Source: Pecten maximus
Lineage: Eukaryota
Assembly: GCF_902652985.1 (NCBI RefSeq)
Contig: NC_047016.1
Span: forward strand, 26,536,001 to 26,600,000
DNA length: 64,000 bases
Direction: 5' to 3'
Shown here: positions 1 through 14,220 of the stretch, one piece after another
Layout of the letters: every line of letters begins with the position of its first letter
Numbering within the stretch: position 1 is the stretch's first letter
Notes under the pieces: model-generated
The model's input: only the letters and a program-made list of their open reading frames with translations
What the model was told of the DNA's origin: nothing
Databases searched by the model: none
Program-made: the position numbers and the translations under genes

Positions 1-2077
1 GAGAGGAAGCATTTCATACATGTGGTCGTCTACACACTAAATACTAAATTATTTACAGCTTGTTGATGGGAACAAACGGACTAATGCATACATGTATAAT
101 AATGATGTACATTAGTACAAATGACTATAGCATGACCTTAGTTCTATATATAAACTTATAGTCTATAAATTCATAACACCTCCGCAAACTCATCACGTCT
201 TATGGCACTTGGATGGAATCTTTACCTGAGATACACCTATACATCATTGTTCCTCAATCTTGAATACAATATGTGATTATTTAACATGCAGGGAATGAAT
301 ACAGTCGCCGATTTAAAACCTGGAAACAATCAACGTTAGGGAACCTACTTTAAATTCTATAATGCTTTCCTATGGAATATTCTAAGTAAGGATATTACTT
401 AAGTTAAGGTATATTGATGAAATCGGCCCCCTTTTCAGGTTTATATCTTATCCTGCTTTGGTTAGGTGGATCACGGTAAGCATTGGAATAAAGGTTAATA
501 ATGGAAGGTGCCTGTTTTACGTATGACTAGAATACCATTTATATACTCACTTTGAAAGATACATGATGTGACAATTGACCGAAGCAATTACCATTTCGAC
601 TTTGTCATAATTTAGTCTAAATATATCCACTTCTATATTTTTAACTAACACGGGTGTTTATGCAAATCTATATTTCATGTACATTTGTATATTTGTTGTT
701 TTTTTCGCTTTTATAATCACAGTATTATTTACTTACGTTTGTTTTGTGTTGCAACATAGCGAAAATGAATCTAAACATCAATAAGAAACAAAATGCAACA
801 ATCCTCGCACATTATATCAGAATATATTTTATCAACAACTTAAATGCATAATCAACATTTACAATTTTATTGTTGCGATTTGGTTTGTTCGTACAGGAAT
901 TTCAGCCAGATAAACCTCGCTGCGTATGTAGGGCAGGTGCTGATAAATATTCCCGTACGAATTCACCGGAAGTCAACAGATAATAAACGTTGTATAAACG
1001 GCCTGAATTGTCGAAAATGAAACAGAAAAAACTAAATGTCAAATAGTCTGACGGGAGATGTGTAAGATCGTATCTCAATGGTTTGCGTTTTGGTTTTATA
1101 AGAGTGTATTTTATACAGTGTTAAAGCATCGACATATACACGTATATATTTGATTAATTTTTAAACTCTCATTTCAATAAAAACGCAAAAAAGCAAATGA
1201 AGCAAAATGTTTTATTCAAAATAAACAACACGGCTACTGTTTATCAATGGCGAGATGATTTTGAAGTTGAGTAAACAGGATGCTTTTTTTCTATTACCCA
1301 CTTGTCAGTAGCCTTTGTCGATTTCAGTATCAATCTTGCGATTTTCGAGTCTAAAACAGCACAGGACATGCCAGTAACTGAAGTATCAATGTAACAATTG
1401 TATTTCTGTGACAAAATAGTACATTTTGATCTTGTTATTAAATTCTTAAATTGTTCAAGTCAAAACAACAACATGGTAATTATTTAAAATCCAATGATTT
1501 TATGATTATTTTTATATTTCAACTTCCAAGCCGGCAAATAATTCTGATGGTATGATGAATATACTGATATTTCACGTCTATTAAATAATCCGTGAAGCAA
1601 AACCTTGAAATGTATTATATCATGGGACTAATATATATTTCAAACTTTTGTTCTGCTCCATGTTTTCCCCCGTCTCCGCTTATGGACGTTTGACCACTAA
1701 TATCACCGACGAATCTTAGTTTTATAGTCATTATTTGTAATTGATATAAACTCTTGTCTATGATATCATGGCGGTTCAGTTTCGCTTGTCTGATTATTCT
1801 GACACTAAACTGATCACCACAATATTAAACAGGTAGTAAGTCCTTATTATTGTACATGAAAATTGTCCCCATGGATGGCCTCGCGAGGTAAAAGAAGATA
1901 ATTACAAAGCGTAGCCTCAGCGCCGCATACTCCCGACTATAGACAATATATTGGCATAGCACTACCTGGGCTCTGAAGCAAAGCACAGCCAACAGCGCAG
2001 AGGATGTACTGGGCTTGTATGGGATGCGTAGCCTTGTTTACTGATGACAGAATATGAATTGAAAACCAAAGGCAACC

Positions 2078-2135
2078 ATGAAGGAATTCAACGTATTCTC
2101 AGGGATTATAATAATAGCAGTACAGATTATTACAG
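2078..2135 (+). CDS. Ly6/uPAR three-finger protein, exon 1 (signal peptide MKEFNVFSGIIIIAVQIIT)
   Basis: caaccATG context, hydrophobic signal-like peptide and AG|gtatgt donor in phase 1. It joins the phase-1 acceptor at 18528 to give ...QIIT-V-SGLECITC. The link across a 16.4-kb intron is inferred. Confidence 0.7.
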
Positions 2136-3029
2136 GTATGTAAGGTTCTGTTGTTTTTATCTGTGTCGTCATCCTGACGAATTTCTTGTTAACATTGGTT
2201 TTACCCTAGTTCTCGTGTCTCTGTTGACAATATTGCAGCAGGATCATAACAAACACCGTGCTAGCTGCAGGCTCCAGGGATTCCCTCAGTTTTATATGAC
2301 CTGATGATTTCATTGTACAAGTATAGTAATCAATGAAAAAATTCAGACCCTGTTAATCATTATATCTGGCATGGTAATTGAGTGTCACTTTTATGCATTG
2401 CTGCTCCAACTGGTTGTGTGTGTCGGCCAATGTGAGAGCGCTACGTCCCTTTCTTCTGAGATTAGAACTGTGTTATGGATAATACTGACACAGTCTAAGG
2501 ATGGACAAAACAGTGATGTTATGGGGATGCTATTTAGATATACATGTATTTACTTGCTGTCTTCTGCTTATCTTACACTTTGGTACTTCACTGTTTTTTT
2601 TCTTGTTGATGTACATTTGTCTCATTTAAAACATTGTTATTAGTTTATATATATTAGTTATATATATTGAAGAGAAAAAGAAAATAATAAAAGAGTACTG
2701 ACTAATTTTTAGTTTAGCTTTGAAAATTTGACTTCTGTTTTCATTACCGCTTGGGATTGTTATACATTTCTAGATACATTTATTCTCATTCCATTGATTA
2801 TCTATTAAGGAATCATAGATGACGGTATCTGCACTGGCGGTATTTAATGTTAACTAATATAGTAAATCTACAAAACACCTTAACAATATTCTAGACTGGC
2901 TTATAAAACGTCACAATATCGCGATATAGTTATAGGAAAAGCAGGAAAAACACTTTTCAGTTTCGGTTGAATTTTACACAGCTGTATTAATCTAATTACA
3001 ACTGAAACTGGAAGGCCTTCGAGCAATAT

Positions 3030-3210
3030 TCCATTTCCGTATGAGATATGACGTCTGACGTGTATGGCGCTTGTTGGTATGCCTAGTGGTGCCGTTGTCA
3101 CCACCACAACTCTTTGAGATTATGACTGAACTATGATTTGGCCAAGATATGTATGGCAGGTGTCGTTAACGAAGCAGAAAACGCTTACTTTGCGGGAGAA
3201 TCTGATCTTA
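3030..3210 (+). mobile_element. Penelope-like element 3' fragment
   Basis: Aligns by eye with 14110-14220 (GTGGTnCCGTTGnCACCAC...TTTGAGA) and with the reverse complement of 44585-44730. Confidence 0.6.
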
Positions 3211-6200
3211 TTTTTATTTTATTTTTCAAATGTTTCCAAGCAAATCTACATTTTATTTATATTTTCCCCTTGTTCAATCGGTTTTGAATTTGAATTGCTA
3301 CTCTGTCAGTATTCTTTGCTGTTGATTTTGCTGGCATAAAAGGTCAAATTCTGGAAAGGTTATTCGCTCTATTGAGCCAAATAAAGTATATATATCACCT
3401 GCAGCTTATTTGTAATGTCACAATATATAATACGATATGTTCGTTTTGTAAAACGAACTACGAAAAAAAGTACACATGTTAATCTCATCTTAGGTATGTT
3501 ATTTAATGAAGTCTAACCAGTAACTATCGGAAATGACAACAAAATCCAATCCGAATGAGAGTTAAGATTATACTTCATGTCTGAAAGACAGGTTAGAATT
3601 CTGTTTTGTGAACAATGAATTATCTTACGATGTTAGCTTTATTTAGAAGAATGTACTCAACGACAACAAAAACAGGTATTTTGATCAGACACACATTGAA
3701 ATACGCAACCTGTCTGAACGATATATTTTGAGACAAGGCCAAATGATTTGCAAAAAAGTTAAGAATCTTTGTTGCACGATTAGCCTCGGTTTTCCTAAAC
3801 CAGAGAGTTTTTCATTAAAGCATGTCTAGTGTTAAACCTAATAAACTTACTTTTTAAGAGCTCTGTTGAGCTGGAGCATGAGTTTGTAATCTTTATATCA
3901 ATTATAAAAATATCAGCATACACATATATAAACATATGGTATTTTCCAGGTCTGATGTAATCCATTCATTAAATATAACGTGTAGATTTACAGGGGTTTA
4001 CATTAGTTTATCACTTAGAATGAAAACGACGATAAAAAGTATAGCAAGCTTGCGTCTCCAATCATTTCCGTAGAAGAGCGGACTGTTTAGGATATTCGGT
4101 GTCGAAACATCCAGATTCGTCAGTATGCTTTCTTATCAAAGCTATTTACTGGGAGATAAGATGTTTTGCTAAAGACTTTAAAGTCTTCCACGGACAACAA
4201 GCTGCTAAGCTCAATGCTGGAGGAATTTTAATGTAGACGTTAACAGCATGGAGCCAATAAAACGGAATACGTTGAATTTCTGTGTCTCTGTATCATATAT
4301 ACATTCGAGAGGTTGTTTCAGAACAAGAGATAAGATATTTCTGCTTTACAATTACAGGAACTATTGTGGATGGGAAAAAAATCAATTTAACACTTGATAG
4401 TAATGTAACAAGGGAATTTTGAATCGAGGAGGGAATTAAAAGTTGAACAGTTATGCAATATGGTAACTAGTTAATTTCGCAATCGCATTAAATGTGAAGT
4501 TGATGATCGATTTCCATCCTGTTGCTTTACAACGAGAGATTTATGGAAACAATCCAATTATCTGTCAATGGAGTTCATCTGCTGGTTTTTATTTCATGGT
4601 GTAGCTTGGGTATTTGTATAAGTACACTTTTGGATTTTAAGTAAAACGTAAAATAAAAGTTAATGTGACATTACATACGTGTACAGATAAGTCTTTGTTT
4701 GGGAGACTTTGAATGTCATTCCGTGATATCAAAACATACTTCAAATCAATATTGTAATTACATGACAACCGGTAATAAATTGGATTGCATCTAATTACCC
4801 CTTATATTTACTGTATGTTTAATACACAACAAATACCACCGAATGGTGATGTCCGATTTAGTACCGGGAAGCCGTCTCTCTGTATGGACAAACATCATGA
4901 TCTAACTCTGATAATTAGGTCGTAACACATATTTTTTATGCTGATTAACCTATCATACAATCTCTTTTGATTTGATTTAGAATTGTCCAAAATATTGACA
5001 GCTTCATGTGATCGTTGTTTCCCAAATCGAAATATTCCATATTTCCTGATGTAAGACAGAAACGCGGAAAACAGGAAAACACGCAGAGGTATTTTTGAGC
5101 AGGTTTGGCATTACAATTTATATGTTGTATATGTTTTATATTGGTTAAATTACATTCCGTATAATCAGTGCATCTACCTTAACAATCAGTTTTACATATA
5201 ATGTGTTGGAAAGTCTTTATTGTTCCTTCGAATATTTTTCTCTTTGTCTATTAATCGATTTAAATCTCAAACTCCTCGTTTTGTACTGTACCGGAATGTC
5301 TAATTGCATTGACGAAGTTGGTGTAATACCTTCTTGTAAGACGGTTAAGGTGGTGGAAGTGTGAACAATTGCCATTGTTTCAAAAGAAAAAAAAGTATAG
5401 TAAGCCCTGTTGTTTACATACCAATGTGTATTGACTACGTAGTTCTACGGTGTTCTATTCCCTTAAGTAGCATTCTGTGTTTGTACGCATTCTCATTTGG
5501 ATTTTCGGTCTTCATTCTTCGATTTCTCACGGCTGTGCCCCAGGTAAAACGTTAAAGAATATCACAACAAGTTTCGGCTGTGTTTTTATAACCTCCTCGT
5601 AGTAACTAAGTACCGATTATAATCCGTCGGAGGCTATCAGTAAGACAATAACCATCAAGAATAGAGTAAGAGAACAAGTCGCGGAGGTTTGGCGCGTTAT
5701 CTGAAGTAAAACACTAGTCTCCTGGCGTTACATGTCAATGATCGGTCTACCTACTCTGTGCAATTTCTTCTGGATAGTTTCCATCTTGGTTAGATCTTAA
5801 TTTTCTATTTGGAAAGCAAAATGTTTCTGGGGTTTACTATTTGTGTTCATTTTCTGAACTATGAACATCAATCTTCTTTACTAGTATTAATATAATTTGT
5901 AATGAAATTATTAGGTTACATTTCAAGCAATGGAATATTAAATTAAGGGACGGCTCTGTGATTCCGTCTTTGTAATTCAGTTACTTTTAAAGATTTCCTA
6001 GCATTACCCTATCGACAGATGTCTCTAATGATATTAATGTATATCCCTCTAATTCACATGTAGAGACGCCCATATCATTGAATTGCCTCCATTAAGCGAT
6101 AGTTGATAAGACTGGTAATTGCCCTTATTATCTCATCTGTCATTGCCGGGTGGTGTGTTAAACCATTAACCGATTTCAGTGTTGGTGTTTCAGAAGCCTT

Positions 6201-7535
6201 TGTTGTTATTATAAGCATTAGAATCTAACTAATAATTCACGAACTATGCTGCTGTGTATTTGCCACTATCGCCTTTATGTAAGCTTCTAGCAGTCATGTC
6301 GTTATAATCATATAAAGAGTACCAGGAAGTGTGAAGTATGTAAAATTAAAATCCTCTTACTCTTACTGTATCCTAATTTAAATTGATGTTACGTCAATCC
6401 TAAATTAAATAACAAGTTCCTTTCCTCAAATTAGGATTTGCTTTACCTTTGGCATATATCTTAACGTCTCAACATGGTGCTAAGTATATGTAGCTACTTT
6501 TAAGCACCACGAAATAACATTTCTCACCTCTGAGTGCCAACCGGAATCAACTGTCTTTTCAAAAAAAAGTTTTTAATCAAATCTAAAACTTATAACATAC
6601 GGAAGCGATACTAGTAACAACGATATCTTACGGGAACGACAGCCTTGTTGTTACTACAATCAGAAATATTATACACATTGATATATGTTTGACTTGGCAA
6701 TCAGCTTTTTAGACGGCATATCTTTGATGTGATACAAATAACAGTGTTGTGTTTGAGAAAATGCCTGAAACATAGAGGCATGATGAATGGTAGATGTTCT
6801 TGTCCAAATCTGTATATCATCTGAGAAGACCGAAATAATAGACAGTCAATTTTATAGGAGCATGGCTTTCACGCAGTAGTAGGCTGAACCTATTGAAGAG
6901 ATACACTGCGGTGCCGCGAGATATCATTTCAGATCTTAGCACGCAAGGGTGGGTGTCTCTAGAGAGTCCCGAATATCGGCAGTGATTGATTTCAAGTTGA
7001 ATCGTAGTACAAGAGTTCATTTCTCGAAGGAGTCCAGTAAGGAAACAAGGCACTACCTTAAATTGCATCAGCGATAAAGCAATCGTTTAACAGCCCCAAT
7101 CGCAAACTATATGGATGTCAGATGGGTTTGAACTGTACTGTAGCTCTACATACAACACGCTCAAAGACAAGTAACATTATCTGGAGAAACAACAATCTTA
7201 TGCCCAGTCAAAGGGATATTATTGGTAAATATTTCAGTACAATTACGGTATGAAAATCAAATATGAAATGTTCGGATGAAGGCAACTGGGTTAACGCCTA
7301 TACCTCCGCAAACCCACTGATTAGTTTGTCAATTATTTTTTCTCACATTGCGTCTTCCATGCAAATGCTGACCAATCAGAAATAACCTGCTCAACGTAGC
7401 TTGCATTTGCAACTGACATTTACATTCATGTAGCATTTCGTAGATATTACAGATTTACATATTCTAAAACAAGTACATACCATGTCATGTCATGAAGCCG
7501 AAATGTTATATGTGTATTAGTACATTTTGTTTATA

Positions 7536-8730
7536 CAGTCAAACTTGCATTAGCGGACACCCTTATATAGCGGACACCTGTCCATAACGGACACTTCCAG
7601 GAATCCCCAATGAAAATCACTATATAAATATCATGTATATAGCGGACACCTTCCAAATGCGGACAGCGGACACTTAGTTTTGTCCGTAAAGTTGTTAAAA
7701 ATTCTGTATAACGGACACGTGAAACCATATCCGTGTTGATATTTGTGTGTAAAACGTTTCTAAATAACAAGCAGAGCCTTAATTACTCAACTCCCCTGGC
7801 AGCAATGCTAACTTGGGAAGCCACTTCATCAGTCACTAATTGTCCTGTTACCTGTAAGTTGCTGTAACAATGGGCAGTAATTACAAGAGAGTGACCGATC
7901 GCCATCGGCAGAGGTGTTTGTTTACTCAACCGGTGACCGCTAAGCTTAGCCATTCAACCATAGCCTAGACAACAAGAATGGTCAGGGGGTAATTAAATCA
8001 TTATCAAGACCAACAAAAGAGGGACAAAGCAATAGTTATGTCTGTCATAATTGTTTTACTTACAAAATCCACCGTATGCAAATCTGACAGGGCAGGCACA
8101 TGGTTGTCAGCCGCCATTTTCTCACACTCGGAACTCCTCGGAATATGACTGCGTAACCTATTAAGAACAGCCGAAGAGTTCCGAGTGTCTTTGTATACAC
8201 TATACTTATTTACTGAACCAGAAAACGGTATTTATTAAATTAAATCCCTACATGGATTTCAGAAAATATGTCTCAAAATAAATGCTTAGGGATTATAATT
8301 ATCAGAGGAAAATGCACTTTCACTTATAAAGAGTTAATGTTGTAATAGAAAAGATATTTCAAACATATTTATTTTCCAAAATATTGAGTATTTGTCTGAA
8401 TAGATATTCAGTATAGTATGATATTGTGAAGATTGTTTTAAAAACTATAGGCTTAATATAAATTATTAAAAATATCAACTTCAATTTTTGTGTCAGATGA
8501 ATGATTGAAAATTAATTAAGCATTTATCTTTAATTATTTGTCTTTTATTCATTTGTTTAAGTGTTTAAATATAATAAATCAGGAGACATATAGTGTACTA
8601 TAAACAGACTTTGGTTTGTTTCTTCGTTTATAAGGGACATAACTCATTGAACCTCTATATAAAGGACACCTCTCTATAAAGGACAGTTTTGTCTTGTCCC
8701 TTAGGTGTCCTTTATAGACAGGTTCGACTG
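7536..8730. mobile_element. Non-autonomous DNA transposon (MITE), Tc1/mariner-pogo/Tigger-like
   Basis: TA-CAGTCAAAC...GTTCGACTG-TA. Imperfect ~26-bp TIRs, TA target duplication, subterminal GGACAC repeats at both ends, no transposase ORF. Confidence 0.85.
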
Positions 8731-10019
8731 TAGATGAATTATTTAATGGTCGTCATGCTAACAATACATTTTGTATGTGGTACTGATCCGTCCAGTTGTA
8801 CGCTCCATGTGAACTGATGAGTTTGGTATTGATTCTATGATTTACCGCAGTTTCTAGACGCCAGCTCGCTTGACCACGACGTGCATCGTTATGCGTACCT
8901 AATAAGGACACATATCTGGTGTGTGGCTGAAATAATGATATTATTTGCTGGTAGGGATAGGTCAATTCCAAAAACGCATATAACAATGAGAAGGAAACTG
9001 GATTCGTTGGTAGAGGAAATGGTCAGTTCACTGCCAATTAGGACACTCAAATAACAAACGTTATTAATTCATAGCTGTATGATTTACAAACGTTTGATAA
9101 TCAATATATGACATTTGAGAATATTGGGTTTTATTGTGGCAATTCCTTTTTACATTTATGTGGAAAAGGCCCGGTATGATAATCTTCTCTGGTGCATGTT
9201 TATCAAAATAAGTTTGCTTCTCTGCTGCATAGTAGAAACATTAAAACTATGTCATTAATACTACTTCTTTTATGATTCGTGTCATTTCATTTACATACGT
9301 GTATAGTATGACAATACATGACAACCTCATTATCGGTGCCTTAGTTTGTACTCCGTCTTTTTTGCTACATATTATCCAGTGATACTATTTTTTTTACAAC
9401 AATATATACTTTTCTTCTTTGCGAGTAAACCTATGGCAACAAAAAAGCTTCAGTCTCTGAACAAACACCAGGCTAAAGCAAAATGGCAATGCCTCGTGTG
9501 AATAAGATGCTTAGATGTTCGGGGCACTACATTTATTCGTACATCTCAATCCAGTCTCTACATCATGTTTCATCTTAGGTACAAGAAACGTACCATTACC
9601 AACTGTTGCCATTCCAGTTATGAATCTTTTACAGGTTTGAATCTTTTAAAATCTATAATTGTTTGGTTGCTTTTCGCTGTTTGTCGCCTTTTGGTCAGTT
9701 TCTGTTGAAATATATATAAATTGTTTTGCAGTTCCGACCTTCACCTGGTTTCGTATTTACTCAGATTGGTATACTTGCTTACCTCATTTGATACCTGTGT
9801 TGGTGCTTTAACGCACCAGGGTTCGTTTATATCAGAAGGCTTAGCTGTGCAGAATCAGCATTTGTTTTCATTAACGAATATTGCCTTCATTGTAGGGATA
9901 TGTGTTGGGATATGTGTAGGGATTTGATTGGTTGTTGGCATAATTATCTTGGAACATGTACATGTAGTGGTAATACAAATATACCAAAAATGAACAAGGA
10001 TAGCTTAGCTTCTGGTCAA

Positions 10020-10280
10020 GTTGTTTATTAAGAAGCGTTATGCTTATGTTGTCTGTAAAAAACGTGATAATCATTACTGTTTGTAAAAGAGTATAATACA
10101 AATGTACATGTACTAATATTGTTTATTAAGAAGCGCAAAGCTCAAGTTGTTTGTAAAAAATGTAATATGCATATCGTTTTTTTAACAAGCGTAATGCTCG
10201 TGTTGTTTGTTAGGAAGCGTAATGATCGTGTTGTTTGTTAAAAAGCCAATATTCATGTTGTTTCTTAAGAAACGTAATGA
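10020..10280. repeat. Degenerate ~29-bp tandem repeat
   Basis: Recurring TTGTTT...AGAAGCGTAATG motif. Confidence 0.6.
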
Positions 10281-10979
10281 CCATGTAGCTGACGTATAAG
10301 GAAATCGTATCAGCCGACTGTTTTTATCGATCACTCCCTCCGTCTACACGTGTATATAGGTTTAATTCTGATCGATTAAGTTGAATACAAGACATTTCTT
10401 TGTCGTACAGGAAATACTAATAGCATTCGCTACCTTTGCTTTTGCGGACTCGGCTGCCTAGGCGATTGATTTGTTTTTTTCTCAGGTTGTCAGTAGGGTT
10501 TTCTCTGTATAAGATAATGTCATATTTCCTGGCAAAAAAAAAAGTTTTTCTTTAGGGCACTGCTTGTTGTATTGTTGTATAGTTGCAATTTCAGCTCGAA
10601 AGTAATTATCATACATTTGAAATGGCACTCTATACGGCAGTAAACCAAATCTAACATGCTGCGTTGAACTCTGATAGGTAATCATTATATTTTCAATAAA
10701 TCTTCATATTCAGTTGTGAAGAGGTTCATGCTTAATTCAACATCATTTCAGTGAACGTAAACCTAATACTCATATATATTGATGGGGTGGTGTGTGGAAA
10801 TGACATTATACCAAAAACTCACTGATGCCAGTTGCCTTTATTTTTTTTATTTTGTTCATCTATTTATTTTTCTTTATCCGAAAAAAAAGTTTAACTTAGC
10901 TCGGTTATATGTAAGAAAAATCGAAATCCGGCCAACCTTAATAAAATGAACGGCTTGGCAATGCTAATATGCATTCCAG

Positions 10980-11151
10980 ATCCCTCAGACGCTTTTACAG
11001 TAAATATTTTGATAAAGGTCTCTTGAGAGTCTGACTGAACATTATACCACGTACAGTAAGATAAGTCGGAATCCCTCAGACGCTTTTACAGTAAATATTT
11101 TGATAAAGGTCTCTTGAGAGTCTGACTGAACATTATACCACGTACAGTAAG
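10980..11151. repeat. Direct duplication of ~81 bp at 91-bp spacing
   Basis: ATCCCTCAGACGC...CGTACAGTAAG occurs at 10980 and 11071. Confidence 0.95.
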
Positions 11152-12469
11152 TCGAAATCTCACGAACGTTTACTATTCAACGAATACAAGTATTGATTCA
11201 CATCAATGTCAGGAATCGGTAGGACATCGAGTCTCATGATTCCCCTAGAGTATCAAAGTTCATAGGTACATTTACTGTGCGACATTTGATAGTAATCCCA
11301 TTTTCGCAAAACATTAGTTCGGCTAGAGCACGTCGACAGATGCCAGAGAACCAATTTGGTATAATTATTTCGTTCCGACTTATTATAATCATATGTTGAT
11401 ATTACAGTTCCCTGCACATGAAAAACTAATTCAATTTCCGTACCGTATTTTATGTAAACTAACCGAGTACCTTTATGTTAGAAATATGTACATTCCAATG
11501 TACATTAAGGTATACGTTTATCTGTGAAGGTCATTCCAGGACACCAAATGATGACACGAAGACAAAATCGATAGTCTTTCTATTACGATGCTGGTCATTT
11601 CTGTGACCGACATTATGGTCGAGCAGATGTAGGAATCGGTTTGTTTAAGACCTTAATCCTCTCCGACTAACGTTATGATACGTGTCCACACGAGCGTACA
11701 GTCGCAAAGTAGTATTCAGTTCTGGTGATGAACTTTTGTTCAGTGTTAAATACACAGAAGCCCGATGGCTACATTCGCTACGTGCTAGAGACAGCGGCAA
11801 ACTACATGTGCTTGGTCTAATCTCGCCGAGTCCGTCAGCAAAAATAGCGTCATGCATCCGAACCTGTCTTTATTCATGTTTATGTTTAACTTATACTGTG
11901 CAATATAGTATTGTCTTTTAAGTTTCCTTATCGGGTTCAAAATACAATGTACTACGTTAAAGTTAAGAAATAAACGTGATCATTATATGAATTGTACATC
12001 CATTTAACTACAATTTATCCCTCGTTCATCTGACTTAGAGCTGTGTCAGGCGTTATGAAAATATTCATTTTGAACGAGTAAAAAATATTACATGTATAGT
12101 AAGTTTGGAAACTCCCGTTATTGTGTTAGTGTCTTAGACGCATGTGTCGATACGTGAAATGGACTAAAGATTCCGGTTTATTCTACTTAGGCCAGTGTTT
12201 GCTGCATTTAATATTATTTACTGTATGAGGTCGTTGATAATTTGTTCAGTCCATTTTTTCCTTTGAAAAAGATAATGTAGTCTAATCGGTAATATTTCAA
12301 TATTTAATAATGACTCGCATTAAAAATGTAAGGAACGGAAAACGGAAATTTCAATACTTTCCCATTGAATATCATTATCAATATGGTTTACTCTAACTTT
12401 GCGCTCGATATTCTGTCATATTCGTAAGAGAAGAGTAGAATTCGACAGAAAATTGATGTCTACTTCACC

Positions 12470-14220
12470 TCAAGGTATAGTTTAATATCACAGTGTTACG
12501 GTTTAGGTTACAGAGGAAACAGAATCTTCGCTCTGTATACATAGATCTACAGTCCGGTCCGGACATGTCGTAACTGGCGATCTTCCCATTATTTCAAACG
12601 ATAAGCTTCGAAAGTTGTTCATGAAGGAGCTGAATTATCGAGAAACGTCTGTCTTTAAATAGAACATGAATTTCAAGATACTGATGGATTTCTTTGCAGA
12701 ATATGGTGGAGAATGGGTGAAAAATATGCTTCATCATATCCACTGTTGGAGTGGCTTTTATTCATTAAATTTATTATTCTTCAACAAATAAGCGCTTTGA
12801 AATCCATAATGGACACAAATTTCTTGATCTCGATGTCAGTTTTGCACTGAAACATTAACATGACAGCTTAGTGGTTGTTCTTGCATAAGACTCCTAATAA
12901 TGTGATTCTTGCCTGTGTATGTATAAACACTATTCCATTTCCTGTATACAAAAAGAACTAGGCTTGCTTGACAACTAGGGTTTTCCTAAAGACGAGATAC
13001 TATCCAATCATTGTTCAGTATTGGAATCCTGTAAAGTCCCTGTAGGTAAGAAGGATGCGGAACAACCTCGTTTATATTATATTTCAACGCTTCATAAGAA
13101 TCCTTGTAAACAACGTTTTATCTTCTGACTCGAGGAGTTCTTAACTAAACTTTTATCTCAACTTCTTACTTCACTTCGTAAAACAATTAATTCGGGACTG
13201 CAGAAATGGAATGCATAGAATGTGGCTTTTTAATAAATTCAAAGATCTTTTTATCAATCCTGAACAACCACTCCTAAAGAATGTCTCTACTATCAAAACG
13301 TTTGATGTTTCAGCCCTTTAAACTACAATTCCCCATTCCAAACTTAAGGAACGACTTCGTTCACATGTAACGAGATATTTCGATGTCAAGAAAGGCATAT
13401 ATAGGAAGGGGTTTAATAGGAGTATATTTTATAGAAAATACATGTACATGTATACCGAAAAGATACCGAAGAGAAAATCGATGAATGATTGAATTACTGA
13501 TCGAAAAAATTCTTGAGTTTGATGACAAGATCCTTCAGCAAATTATTAGCATACCCAATGTGAACAAACTGTGCCCCTCTATTGGCTGAATTGTTTTTTG
13601 TTGTCATTCGAAACTGATTGTATTGAAGAGCTTATCGGAACAAGTTACAGATACCTGGCAAAGACCTTCATTTTCACTATAAGTACAATAGCGATGTATT
13701 ATTTTAAATAACAAATCACGTTATTTATCTTACTGATCTGATTTACCCTGTAGAACTTGAAATCAAATTAAGTCACTGCGGAATATTTAACATCAGCTGC
13801 TGACCTTGATATTTACCTACAAAGTAACCAACAGGGACAACGTACAGCTAAACTATGTAATAAGCGTGGTACCAATTGTTAATTTTCCATTTCTAGATAG
13901 TAACATACTTACATTCCATACCTACGGTGTTTACAAATCCCAATTGATTCCATAGTCAAAACAATGCCTTGTTCACAGTATCAAGATTTCCTTGACAAAT
14001 TTCGACTTCTGAAGGAGAAATAAACAACACAAGGTTTCGAGAGACGCAAGTTGATAAAGACCATGAGAACGGTTTGTGGTCGACATCATGGCCTCTTTTG
14101 AAATAATTTATTTCTATTTATGATAAGAATTCAGACGTGTTTTATGCTTGTTGATACGCAAAGTGGTTCCGTTGCCACCACCTTAACTCTTATTTGAGAT
14201 GTGACGTAACACTGATACTT
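12470..14220 (+). mobile_element. Decayed Penelope-like retroelement (reverse transcriptase relic)
   Basis: Frameshifted motifs in the expected order: GHVVTGDL.II.NDKLRKL, LHKNP.KQRFI, IKTFD.S.L.TTIPH.KLKERL, TNCAPLLA, IYP.ELEIK, IVNFPFLDSNI, YGVY.SQLI. Many stops. The 5' boundary is approximate. Confidence 0.8.

Noticed and set aside
2044-2304. 86-aa ORF from the track
   Set aside because: It overlaps the probable Ly6 exon 1 in another frame and runs through the donor site. No recognisable protein features.
3500-4600. Coding-like relic sequence in Ly6 intron 1
   Set aside because: No recognisable motif in any frame I could read; left unassigned.
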